NCBI GenBank assembly: GCA_964486045.1
Contig: CAZALK010000001.1
Coordinates: 808,242-872,241, forward strand
Reading direction: 5' to 3'
Length of the DNA stretch: 64,000 bases
Source: an uncultured archaeon
GTDB taxonomy: Archaea > Asgardarchaeota > Lokiarchaeia > Sigyniarchaeales > SOKP01
Position 1 is the stretch's first letter; the number at the start of each line of letters is the position of its first letter. Positions 31,643 through 41,439 of this stretch are shown piece after piece. The notes under the pieces were generated by a model, which had not been told where the DNA came from, did not search any database, and saw nothing but the letters and a program-made list of their open reading frames with translations. The position numbers were made by a program, and so were the translations under genes.

Positions 31643-32773
31643 CTAAGCTGATTTATACAATTCAACTAGCAAATCCATCCATTTTCTACTAATTTTATTT
31701 ATATTATGTTGTTCTTTAACATATTTGAATGCATTTTCCGAAAATTTATCATATAAATCTTGATTTGTCAGTAAAATTTTAAGATTGTTAACCATTTTTT
31801 TAAAATTATTATCACAGACGAAACCACATTCGTACTTTGTTAAAAATTTTTCCGGATTGACATTTAAACTAAGAATAGGGGTTCTATTTTTTGCAGCTTG
31901 AATGAACGTATTGGGAAAACCTTCATGAATAGAAGTATTTATAAAAACTTTAGCATTTTTAAAGTATTTATTAATTTCTTCAAATAAAACAAAGGGGATA
32001 AATGTTAAATTCGGAATCTTACAAGCTTTTTCTTTAATTTCTTTCCAATATTCAATGTTGGTTCCCTTGTTACAGATCATTATAAAAGTTTGATTTGGAA
32101 AGAAATCGGGGATTTTTAAATAAATTTCAGGTCTCTTCCATCTTATATCTCGACCAACCCATAGAACAGTATTTTTCGTTTCTAAATTAGGGGATTTGAT
32201 ATGATATCCGCTTTTAATAGCTGATATATTGAAAATCTTCCGATTTTGCCATTTTTCCAGAATTTTTATTTGATTTAAGTTTTGGGCAATTAAATATGAC
32301 GCTCGAGTTAATCCATATGCATATAACTTTCCCAATATTCCCTTAGCAGCTACTCCATTCACGTTGTAATCATGTGCAATAGAATATACAAATCTTTTCC
32401 TAAATATTTTGCAATAAAAGGCAATTATCCCCGTTTCAGGAGTAGCACTGCGCTGAATAATGATGTCTGGATTTAATTTAATCAATTTAAGAAAAAGTAA
32501 GATATACCTTTTCATTGAGATAATTGCATTTCTATTAAGTGGAATTGCAATGTATAATTTTATGTTTTTATGTTTTTTTGTTTTTCCTTTTTTTAAGTTA
32601 TAATCTCCAGTAATAATATTAACATCAAAATTTTTACTTTTTGAAAATACTTTAGAAAGAAAAAATAACTGAACTTCTGCCCCCCCATAAGGAACTTTCA
32701 TTTGAGGGAAAAATAATGAAGTTATGTGAAATGATACTATACAAATTCTAATTTTCTTTCTTTTACTTATCAT
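31643..32773 (-). CDS. GT4 glycosyltransferase
   Basis: YGGAEVQ, LWVGR..WKRPE, NTSIHEGFPNTFIQA. Confidence 0.92.
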   Translation of the reverse strand: MISKRKKIRICIVSFHITSLFFPQMKVPYGGAEVQLFFLSKVFSKSKNFDVNIITGDYNLKKGKTKKHKNIKLYIAIPLNRNAIISMKRYILLFLKLIKLNPDIIIQRSATPETGIIAFYCKIFRKRFVYSIAHDYNVNGVAAKGILGKLYAYGLTRASYLIAQNLNQIKILEKWQNRKIFNISAIKSGYHIKSPNLETKNTVLWVGRDIRWKRPEIYLKIPDFFPNQTFIMICNKGTNIEYWKEIKEKACKIPNLTFIPFVLFEEINKYFKNAKVFINTSIHEGFPNTFIQAAKNRTPILSLNVNPEKFLTKYECGFVCDNNFKKMVNNLKILLTNQDLYDKFSENAFKYVKEQHNINKISRKWMDLLVELYKSA

Positions 32774-32938
32774 AAATTCATCAAACTTCTATAAAATTAA
32801 TAAATTGTAAAAACAGGCTAATTTTACAAAATGATGATCATTTATAAGTATTTTTATTGTTCTAAAGGGTTTATTTGAAAACAATTTCCTCTTATTATTG
32901 ATTTTATACAGTTATAGTTAATAAAGATCTTTACAGCA

Positions 32939-33181
32939 TCTATTTTGAGCTTATTGGAATTAATGTGTATTCTAGACTAAACCCTTTTTTACAGTTTTTG
33001 CATTTAAAATATACTCTTTCGTGTCTAATTCAGCGATAAAAGCAACGCATCCCAAAATCCGGATAGTCCTGATCTTATATGCACGTCTTTTTATATCACT
33101 TGTATAACAGAATGGACACTTCTCCGGGTAGAAATTTACATGGGAATGTTCAGGAATTTCCAATTCTTTCCCATTTTCCAC
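32939..33181 (-). mobile_element. Frameshifted N-terminal zinc-finger remnant of an ISL3-like transposase
   Basis: CPFC..KRRAYKIRTIRILG in one frame, continuing in another frame as HERVYFKCKNCKKGFSLEYTLIP; matches the zf-ISL3 CxxC...RxIxD/LG...FxCxxCxKxF layout. Confidence 0.65.
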
Positions 33182-33404
33182 AGGTTCTTCCCTTTAATTA
33201 ATTATTTTTTTGCGAATTTAAAGATCATGTCGAAACTTAAATTAAAGAAAACAGAAAATATATACTATTACAATTAGTAGAGAGTCAGCTTAATATAATG
33301 AGGAAATCTACAAATTTTATAAAAAAAGTTGAAGAAATCACAAATAATGTCGAGTAAGGCATGATAAATATTTCATATCTATCTTTTATTGTTCATACTC
33401 TTAC

Positions 33405-33630
33405 AATAAAAAAATAATTCCAGAAATGGATGTGGATCTAGTATTTTACTAATATTCTGCACTTTAATTCAAAACCTTCTTTTTTTAGTTAATTTAGATC
33501 CCATAGAAGGTCATAGAAATTATGAAGAAGTCATAATGATTTTTTTGGATAATATTAAAACGCTTAATATAAAAAATATTGATTTAAATAAAAAAAGATA
33601 TTTGGAATTTTGATTCGAAAGATTGAATTT
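33405..33630 (+). pseudogene. Highly decayed paralog of the SAM methyltransferase at 41432..42284
   Basis: DNA similarity to about 41614..41885: ggatgtggatct, ctgYactttaatt, ttagatcc..agaagg, aatattRaaac..ttaatat..aaaaatattga, aaaagatatttgg..ttttga..cgaaagatt. Confidence 0.75.
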
Positions 33631-33903
33631 ATCTTAACATAAAAACTAAAAGAAGGAAAAGGTTGTAATAAAAAATCTTGATGGTGATATGGATTTTGAT
33701 CTCAGAAAATTGTTTCGGATTAAGAAAAGAAGTATATTTCAACATTTTAGAGATGAGATACAATCGAAAAATCACTTTTATTCGAATTTTATTTAAGAAG
33801 ATTGAAAAGAGGGAAGAAACTATTAGATTATTGCTATATCGATAAATTCAAAAACAAAAACATAAATTACGATACAAATTATAATTGATAAAAACAATTT
33901 ATT

Positions 33904-35874
33904 TTGAAAATACGAAATAAAAAAATGCTACAAAGAAGTAATGAATCGACATCTTACCATTTTATAAATATAAAGAAAACCAACCTTTATTACTTCATAC
34001 TTGTTTTATTGGCAATTATGTCTCCATTAACTTATTATCCACGCATTTATGGAGTAGATGGATTTGAATTAATGTGGATGGCAAATGCTCTTAGAGATGG
34101 GGCATTATTTTCTGAAAATACTTGGTTGATCCATCCTACCTCCTACTTTGGGTATTATCCATTTTCACATCGAGCGATAGGCGTTCCTTTTTTCTTTGCC
34201 TTTTTAATAAGTCTTCTGTCCTTCCTTTCATTCGGTATATTTGGCATAACTGAAGCTATACTAGTTTTGGATATAATACTCATCATAATTATCTATAAAT
34301 GCTCTCGAAATCTCGGAAATACACTATTTGAAGAAGGATGGAGTCGATTTATATTCACAGCAGCTATATTATTGGCCCCTGATATACTTCACGAAGTCAC
34401 AATGATCGTTAGTGCAAGAATTATTATAACAATTGTCATGATTGTTCTTTTAAATATGAATTTAAAAATATTTACTCATGATAAGAATAATAAATTTAAA
34501 ACAGCGATTTTCATGTTTTTACTCCTCTTGGTTGGGGCGTTGACTCACAGACTTTGGATAGGTACACTCATAACAATAATAATTATGATATATATCGTTA
34601 TTATTAGGAGATATAAAACATTACAAAAGCTAACTGTTTTTTTAATTCTTCCAATAACTTTAATTGCTTTTTTCGTTGGAGTAGGATTTTTCGGGATTAT
34701 GCCTCGTTATGGTCTTGACAATCCAAAATTATTTGAACTAATTATTTTTGTTTCCAATTATTATGTATGGAGTTTCGGATTAATTTCAATTTTCTTTCCG
34801 GTAGGAGTAATAATAACCCTTTATAAACTAACAACTTTATTAAAAAAAACTGATGAAAATAGAGCACAACTCAACAATAAAAATCAGCAATTCCTAAGAA
34901 AGAATGTTTATTTAATACTTTTTATTATTCCCTTTTTCTTTTTGCTCCCTAACGTGTTTTATACAGTGATCCTATTTTTACCCATAATAATTATTATTTC
35001 CGTGAATGGACTAATTTATATCAAAAACTTTATTTCAATCTTTTCTAAAAAATTAGATTGGATTTTCCCCATAATTATCTTATTTCTATTAATAGTTTCC
35101 TACATTGTAAGAATCGAAATTTTTGACCAAACAAAAATTGATCCTTGGTATGTATTTTTATTCTCACTTATTGCATTAACCTTATTTCTACTTAGTTTCA
35201 TAGTGAATAACCACAAAAAACTATATTTTTCCCGATCTTCATTTGATCCTATTATTTTAAAAAAAGGGATCTGGATTATAGCATTAACAATTTCAATTTT
35301 TGCATTTTCGACAACAAGTGTGCAGACAGATAGATTTAGTCGCAGTAGCAGTCATTATCCATGGGAGAATAGGTATCTGACAGTAGAAGAAATCGAAATT
35401 ATAGATTATTTTCAAAATGAGGACATTGATGGATTGATATTTGTTTGCGATAAATATATATCCCTTAGAATTGCTGGACTAGGATTTTTACCTGCTTTTA
35501 ATGGTCGTTCATTAATCGGAGACAATTTATGGTATGGTGTAATTAGTCCAAATGAAGTTTATGAGGGCACAGAATTTTCATTTTCATTCTCTAACTTGTT
35601 TTCACAACAGTTTTTCACTTTTAGGCCTAAAGATGCCTATTACCTTTATGAAAGCCATCCTTTAGAGGTTTTAAATGTAAATATAAGAAATTTAAATGTA
35701 ACAATTCCAGAAGAGCGTGAACTTTTGCGATCGAATTATAATGTGCAATATATCATTTCAGTAAACAACACATATTCACATTACACACGTGATTGGAGAT
35801 TATTTCGATCTTTAGAGCAGTCAGAATTACAACCTGTTTTTTCCACTCAACATTTACTTGTATGGAAAATATAG
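33904..35874 (+). CDS. Multi-pass membrane protein, putative GT-C-fold glycosyltransferase (family A; paralog of 17855..19780)
   Basis: Same YGVDxF, WMANALR, HPxSYFGYYPFSHRAIGVP, HRLWIG, YPWENRY and PVFSTxHLLVWKI blocks. Confidence 0.72.
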   Translation: MKIRNKKMLQRSNESTSYHFINIKKTNLYYFILVLLAIMSPLTYYPRIYGVDGFELMWMANALRDGALFSENTWLIHPTSYFGYYPFSHRAIGVPFFFAFLISLLSFLSFGIFGITEAILVLDIILIIIIYKCSRNLGNTLFEEGWSRFIFTAAILLAPDILHEVTMIVSARIIITIVMIVLLNMNLKIFTHDKNNKFKTAIFMFLLLLVGALTHRLWIGTLITIIIMIYIVIIRRYKTLQKLTVFLILPITLIAFFVGVGFFGIMPRYGLDNPKLFELIIFVSNYYVWSFGLISIFFPVGVIITLYKLTTLLKKTDENRAQLNNKNQQFLRKNVYLILFIIPFFFLLPNVFYTVILFLPIIIIISVNGLIYIKNFISIFSKKLDWIFPIIILFLLIVSYIVRIEIFDQTKIDPWYVFLFSLIALTLFLLSFIVNNHKKLYFSRSSFDPIILKKGIWIIALTISIFAFSTTSVQTDRFSRSSSHYPWENRYLTVEEIEIIDYFQNEDIDGLIFVCDKYISLRIAGLGFLPAFNGRSLIGDNLWYGVISPNEVYEGTEFSFSFSNLFSQQFFTFRPKDAYYLYESHPLEVLNVNIRNLNVTIPEERELLRSNYNVQYIISVNNTYSHYTRDWRLFRSLEQSELQPVFSTQHLLVWKI

Positions 35875-36164
35875 ATTTATCAAATTGTAATTTCCTTGCT
35901 TAATAATAGGTGAAACCAATTTAGGAAATAAAAATAATGCTAGTTGAGGATATTTTGAATATTAATAAGCCTATCGAGATAATAGTTAAAAAAATAAAGA
36001 AAAATCATATTTTATATGAAAATCGATATAAAAATTAGCGATCTTATCTATTTCAAAACTAAGAATTAACCTAAAAAATTATCAGATGTGTTTCAAATTG
36101 GTAGATCAGAAAACTCCTTATCTCGAAGAATAAAACAGGGAGTTAATAAGATTTCAGTCATCCT

Positions 36165-37643
36165 TTAGGTGGTCCTTTCATAAAATAAAATTAATTTTTT
36201 ATACTTATTGTACTGAAATAAGGATGTGAAAATTCCGAAATTTCCTGGTTTTATAAGTTTCAAATCAGTTAAAACGCGAATAAATAGGGAAATTATCTCA
36301 ATCATGGCTTTGCCCATTGAAGCCGGTAGTTTCTTACTTAATTTTCCCATTTTTTGGAACTTTCCTTGGCCAATCACTTTAATAAATCCAATCCTCTTAC
36401 ATTCCTCCCTCTTTTTTGTGGGGGATTTTTTATGCCTAATTCTTGAAAGGACTAATCGATTGCTTTTTATTGAAGGAGGATTTGTATTTTTTATAATATC
36501 TTTATAAACAATTTTCCATTGATTTTTAATAGAGCTTTCAGAATACCTTTTATACGCTATTTCTTTAATATATTCCCCATTAAAAGATTCAATATTGTTA
36601 ACTATGCTGAGCATAGCTTTTGCTAATAAATTTGAATCTCCTTTTTTGACGATTTGACCTAGTTGATTGGATGTGATAATTGATTCTGGGCCCCCGCATC
36701 TTGTTGCAACAACAGGTTTTCCAGCAGCAATCGCCTCAAGTGCGGGAATACCAAATGTCTCCTCATCGCTTGGGATTACGCAGCAATCACAAGAATGAGC
36801 CAATTGATGGATTTGTTGCCTTGTTGCAAAGCCATTAAGCAATATGTAAGGTTCCATTTCAAGTTCAGTAATCAGATTATTTATAATTTTCTGTTGCTCA
36901 ATTGGTTCAATATCTCCTGCAATCACCAGTCTAGTATCTGGTCTTTTTTCGAAAACTTTTGAAAATGCTCTTATTAGAAGATCAAGTCGCTTGATATATC
37001 TCCATCTTGTCCATCCTGCAAAAATGAAGTAATTTCCCTCAATCTCCTTGATATAATCCTTCTCTTTAGGTTTACTAAAAAACTCTTCGGGGATCGCATT
37101 GGGTAGACACTCAATATCATTTCTGATCCCCAAATTCCTCATAGTTTCTACCAATTGAGGTGAAACTGCTAAAACTTTATCCGCCTTTAAAAAAGCTCTC
37201 CTAAGATTACGGGGTATATCATCTATTCCATTTGTTGCTCTTTGATAAATAGATCTATGTTCACGAATAACAAATGGGATGCCAATCTGATCCTTTATGA
37301 ATGTTGCATGAATAGCTGGATCATTTGAAAGGCAATAAGATAGAATTACATCAATTTTTTTTTTCTGATGATATTTTTTAACTGATTTAGACAAACACGA
37401 ACTTCTATAATAATGGTAAGCTCTATTGGAGAATACGCGGATCATTCGTGATTTTAAGTTTTGAAAAAATGTAAGAGTATCTAATGTCTCCCAATTATGC
37501 GATTCCTCAATTCCAGTTGACAGTAGCAATATCTTAAAGCCTATTGCCATATGAGCCCTAATCGTCGCAGTTATAGCATCACCTTTAATTAACTGAGAAT
37601 TTATCTCAGAGGGGATATCTCGGAGTATGATTAAAATTCTCAT
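36165..37643 (-). CDS. GT4 glycosyltransferase with a ~110-aa basic C-terminal extension
   Basis: LPNAI, KRLDLLIRAF, PSDEETFGIPALEAIAAGKPVVATRCGG. Confidence 0.9.
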   Translation of the reverse strand: MRILIILRDIPSEINSQLIKGDAITATIRAHMAIGFKILLLSTGIEESHNWETLDTLTFFQNLKSRMIRVFSNRAYHYYRSSCLSKSVKKYHQKKKIDVILSYCLSNDPAIHATFIKDQIGIPFVIREHRSIYQRATNGIDDIPRNLRRAFLKADKVLAVSPQLVETMRNLGIRNDIECLPNAIPEEFFSKPKEKDYIKEIEGNYFIFAGWTRWRYIKRLDLLIRAFSKVFEKRPDTRLVIAGDIEPIEQQKIINNLITELEMEPYILLNGFATRQQIHQLAHSCDCCVIPSDEETFGIPALEAIAAGKPVVATRCGGPESIITSNQLGQIVKKGDSNLLAKAMLSIVNNIESFNGEYIKEIAYKRYSESSIKNQWKIVYKDIIKNTNPPSIKSNRLVLSRIRHKKSPTKKREECKRIGFIKVIGQGKFQKMGKLSKKLPASMGKAMIEIISLFIRVLTDLKLIKPGNFGIFTSLFQYNKYKKLILFYERTT

Positions 37644-37798
37644 CTAATAGCTCCTTTATTTGCCAATTATACAGTTTAATTTCCTGAATTGGTAGAGTAA
37701 ATAAAATATCATTTAAGTAATTAATCTTTCTTCTTAGAGATTAGTCAAAATTTTTGTTTTTGAAGAATTTAGGGGAATAACAGGGAAAAACTTGAAAA

Positions 37799-38695
37799 TT
37801 AACGGTACCTTTGATAGATCTTTTTTAAATTAACAAATTTACTTAATTTTTTATATAATTTAGAAAGTAGATTTGACGAAAGAAGAATCAAATGTATTCT
37901 TATTAGGTTTCGTGCATACAATTGGGAATTCATAAAAATAAGATTATCTTGTGATTTTGCCTTTCTATCTTCTTCAGCAATTAAGATAAAACCATTCTTT
38001 TTCATTAGTTCTACCGTTTCTGGTTTTAACTTCTGGTTCAACCAAACTTTTTTATTTTCTGTCTCAACATGAATAAATAATACTTTTTGTATAATTTCAC
38101 TAATTCCTTCTAATACTTCAAATGATGCACCCTCAACATCAATCCATAATGCAATAGATGTAGGATTAAAATTTAAATTCTTTACAAAGGTATCTAAACG
38201 GATTGAAGTAGTTATAATTTCTTTAGTTCCCAAACTACCCGATTTCCTTTTCTTAGTTGAACTGATTCCTCTTCGCCATTCTTCACCAGTTGTTTGCGAT
38301 AATTCTTCTATAAAAAATTTAATATCCCCATCCTTATTCCAAACTACTTTTTCTTCAATATTAATCTTTTGTTTTTTAAATATCGGGTTTCTATGAATCA
38401 GTTCTATGTTATTGGGGTTTGCTTCAAAACATATAATTTTTCCATGAGGTAAATCTTTTCTGAATCGAAGTGCATCCATACCATCCATCGATCCAATATC
38501 ACAAATTAAATCGGGTGAAAAAATTTTTATTAAGAATTGAAAAATGATATGTGTTTTATGTGGCATAAAAATCTTTTCAGGTGAAAGTGTTTTTATTAAG
38601 AATTGAACAACCGTAGCTGACTTATTTCGCATATTTATCAATATTTTAAATAATTTTTTGAATTGCTCCTTTAGTAAAAAGGAGATCATCATCAA
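37799..38695 (-). CDS. FkbM-family SAM-dependent methyltransferase
   Basis: CDIGSMDG, CFEANP, RLD, WIDVEGA. Confidence 0.88.
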   Translation of the reverse strand: MMMISFLLKEQFKKLFKILINMRNKSATVVQFLIKTLSPEKIFMPHKTHIIFQFLIKIFSPDLICDIGSMDGMDALRFRKDLPHGKIICFEANPNNIELIHRNPIFKKQKINIEEKVVWNKDGDIKFFIEELSQTTGEEWRRGISSTKKRKSGSLGTKEIITTSIRLDTFVKNLNFNPTSIALWIDVEGASFEVLEGISEIIQKVLFIHVETENKKVWLNQKLKPETVELMKKNGFILIAEEDRKAKSQDNLIFMNSQLYARNLIRIHLILLSSNLLSKLYKKLSKFVNLKKIYQRYR

Positions 38696-39141
38696 AACAG
38701 GTTTATTTTTATTTTTGTGTGTAACTATTTTTCAATCCAGATAATCTAAATCAACAATATCACTTTATAAAATTTATCTAATTATATTAAAATCTTATCA
38801 AATTAGGAGTTTATGTGTATTTAAAAAAAATTGATTTAACTTAGAAAACCAGAATAATCCTCATAATTTTTTCTGAATATGTTCTCAAAGGAAATTTGAT
38901 TTCACCACTTTATTAAAGTATTTTTGTCGAACTAAATAATTGATTCATAGGTCATAAAATTAATTATTATTGTTATTAAGAATTATTTTACTCTTTTTAT
39001 TTAAAAAATAGTCTTAATACCTTCTTGGAGATATTAATTATGAATTGCATTATTTTAGTATTATTTATGTGATTTAAGAGAAAATAAATGATTTATGGAT
39101 CACAATAATTTATTAATAAATAGAGATTATATACTCAAATT

Positions 39142-40110
39142 ATGGAAGAAAATATATGTATTGTTGTGGTAGCTGGAGGAGATTTCTTCCAAGATTACAT
39201 CCCTATTTTTATATATTCTGTGCTGAAATCTTATCCAAACTATACTGTTATTGTCTATGTCGTTGGAAGACTAAAAAATCATCTTATTAAATCAATAGAT
39301 TTGCTCAAATCCATAGGAACTTTTATTATTAAAGAGAATGCAATATCTAAAATTCTAGACTTGAAAATCTCCTCGGATAATGAATTTAAAATAGAGAAAG
39401 ATTACCTAGATAAGAAATTGACTAGTAAACTCGAAAGATATTTAAGATGGATTATTATTGATGAAGATTTAATGACTTTTAAATATATATATTTTGGAGA
39501 TATAGATATTTTTATTGTCCCAGAAAAACTAAGCTTATTAGAACAACATAAAAATCATATGACAAAGACAAATTTATGTTATAGTAATAAACTTAGAGAT
39601 GCTACTCAGAAGTTCGATAGATTAACTGGATTACATTTTATCAAAACAAAAGAATATTTTGAAAAGACAAGAAACGTCATAGAAAAATATCAGAACATGA
39701 TAAAAAATAGAAATTTAAACATTGATAATGATGAAAAACTATTATATAAAATTATTTTTGAGTCAGATTTAGAAATGATTTCACGTAATGAAGATTTTCG
39801 TCCTAATCATGGGATACATTTTGGTCTGTTTAAAAGCTTTAGCATTAGTTACTTAAATGAAACATTCAGTCATTTTAAGTCATATGCTAAACCATTTTTA
39901 AACATGATTAAAGATAAATTATTTATTCAAATATTTAAAAACATAAAACATATTGAGATGAAGGTGTTGATTTTAAGAGCAAAATGGAATTACAAAAAAA
40001 AAGTCGAGAGGATATTTTATAAGAAATTTGTCTATTTTTTTTTAGAAGTTATATTGACACTGCTACATTTCCTTTTATTCTTGAAAAACAAAACCTTCAG
40101 AGGGATTTAA
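39142..40110 (+). CDS. Putative GT-A fold glycosyltransferase (DxD-containing hypothetical protein)
   Basis: YIPIFIYS, RYLRW, YIYFGDIDIF, DEKLLY; glycan-cluster context. Confidence 0.55.
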   Translation: MEENICIVVVAGGDFFQDYIPIFIYSVLKSYPNYTVIVYVVGRLKNHLIKSIDLLKSIGTFIIKENAISKILDLKISSDNEFKIEKDYLDKKLTSKLERYLRWIIIDEDLMTFKYIYFGDIDIFIVPEKLSLLEQHKNHMTKTNLCYSNKLRDATQKFDRLTGLHFIKTKEYFEKTRNVIEKYQNMIKNRNLNIDNDEKLLYKIIFESDLEMISRNEDFRPNHGIHFGLFKSFSISYLNETFSHFKSYAKPFLNMIKDKLFIQIFKNIKHIEMKVLILRAKWNYKKKVERIFYKKFVYFFLEVILTLLHFLLFLKNKTFRGI

Positions 40111-40302
40111 TTGAATTTAAAAAAGTGATGAAGTAGAAAGATCACAACATACATTATTTCTTTATAAGATTGTGGTGTATTTTCTATATATGAAGATAAT
40201 TATTGATAAATTTCTTAAATTGGACTTCAACTTTAATTTATGTATATAAATAATCAAAATTTAAAACAAACTCTTAGGTAATATAAAAAAAGGTGCTTTT
40301 AC

Positions 40303-41439
40303 ACGAAAAAAAATATTTTTATAAATACCAACATTGATAATATTAGAATAAGAAGGATCTTTTTCATATTAAAAGAAAATAAAAAATATAAGACTCGTTA
40401 TAACCCATTTAAAAGAGAAACTTTCCTAATTAAAGCGGAATCGATTATTGGTGGTTTGAAGCTACTTTTTTGGATTTTTAAGAAAATTAGAGGGGCTGTA
40501 AGTATCATATATTCGTTACTTTTTATCTTTACAGTTGATTATTACGTTTTCAAAGGTGGTAAAATAAAAGAAATTAAATTAGCCAAATTACTCAGAAAGA
40601 AGATAATTTATGATTTTAATATATCTAAGTATGATACTTATGTTTTAGATAGGAAAATATATCTTAAAAATAGTAAAAAGGCAAAAAAATTAAAAAGCTA
40701 TGACAAATTCATCTTAGAAAACTCTGACTTAATTATATTCCTTAATAACGCTGAAGCAAAATATTATAGTAAGGTAGTTGGAGTTAATATTAGTAAGATC
40801 AACTATTCAATTCTTCCTTTAGCAACAGAAAAAAAACCAGTTGCAAGTTTAGATTTTTTTTATAACAAACGAGAAGTTTTTAATATCTGTTGGTGGGGAA
40901 GTTACATACCACTTCATGGTCTAGATAAAATTATAAACACAATGAAAGTATTAAAAAATGATTATGAGTTTAAATTTAAATTATATATTTTAGGCAATTC
41001 AAAACAGAAATCAATATTGTATGAAAAAATCGTAAATAAAAATAACTTAAATGATGTTATAGAAATTAGAAACGACTTAACTTTTGCTGATAATAAATTA
41101 GAAAAATTCCTCGAACATAAATGTGATTTGGCTTTAGGCGTTTTTGGTCAATCAAGAAAAGCAAAAACAGTAATAGCAAATAAAATTGTAGAGGCTTGTG
41201 CGATGAAAATTCCTATTTTAACGGGATTTTCGACAGGGATGAACGAGTACTTCGATCCTGATAATAGTATTTATTTTTGTAGAAACGAAATTTATGATAT
41301 AGCTAAAAAAATTATTTTTATATCCAATAATAAAAGAGAATCATTAAAAAGGGCAAATAATAATTTTTTGATTTATAAAAATAATTTTTCAATTGAAAGT
41401 CTTGGAAAAAAATTGAATGAGATACTTGATTATGTTTAA
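40303..41439 (+). CDS. GT4-like glycosyltransferase (ORF track start TTG 40456; frame is open from 40282 with a candidate ACG start at 40303)
   Basis: SKYDTYVLDR, WWGSYIPLHG, DLALGVFG, VIANKIVEACAMKIP. Confidence 0.8.
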   Translation, partial: TKKNIFINTNIDNIRIRRIFFILKENKKYKTRYNPFKRETFLIKAESIIGGLKLLFWIFKKIRGAVSIIYSLLFIFTVDYYVFKGGKIKEIKLAKLLRKKIIYDFNISKYDTYVLDRKIYLKNSKKAKKLKSYDKFILENSDLIIFLNNAEAKYYSKVVGVNISKINYSILPLATEKKPVASLDFFYNKREVFNICWWGSYIPLHGLDKIINTMKVLKNDYEFKFKLYILGNSKQKSILYEKIVNKNNLNDVIEIRNDLTFADNKLEKFLEHKCDLALGVFGQSRKAKTVIANKIVEACAMKIPILTGFSTGMNEYFDPDNSIYFCRNEIYDIAKKIIFISNNKRESLKRANNNFLIYKNNFSIESLGKKLNEILDYV

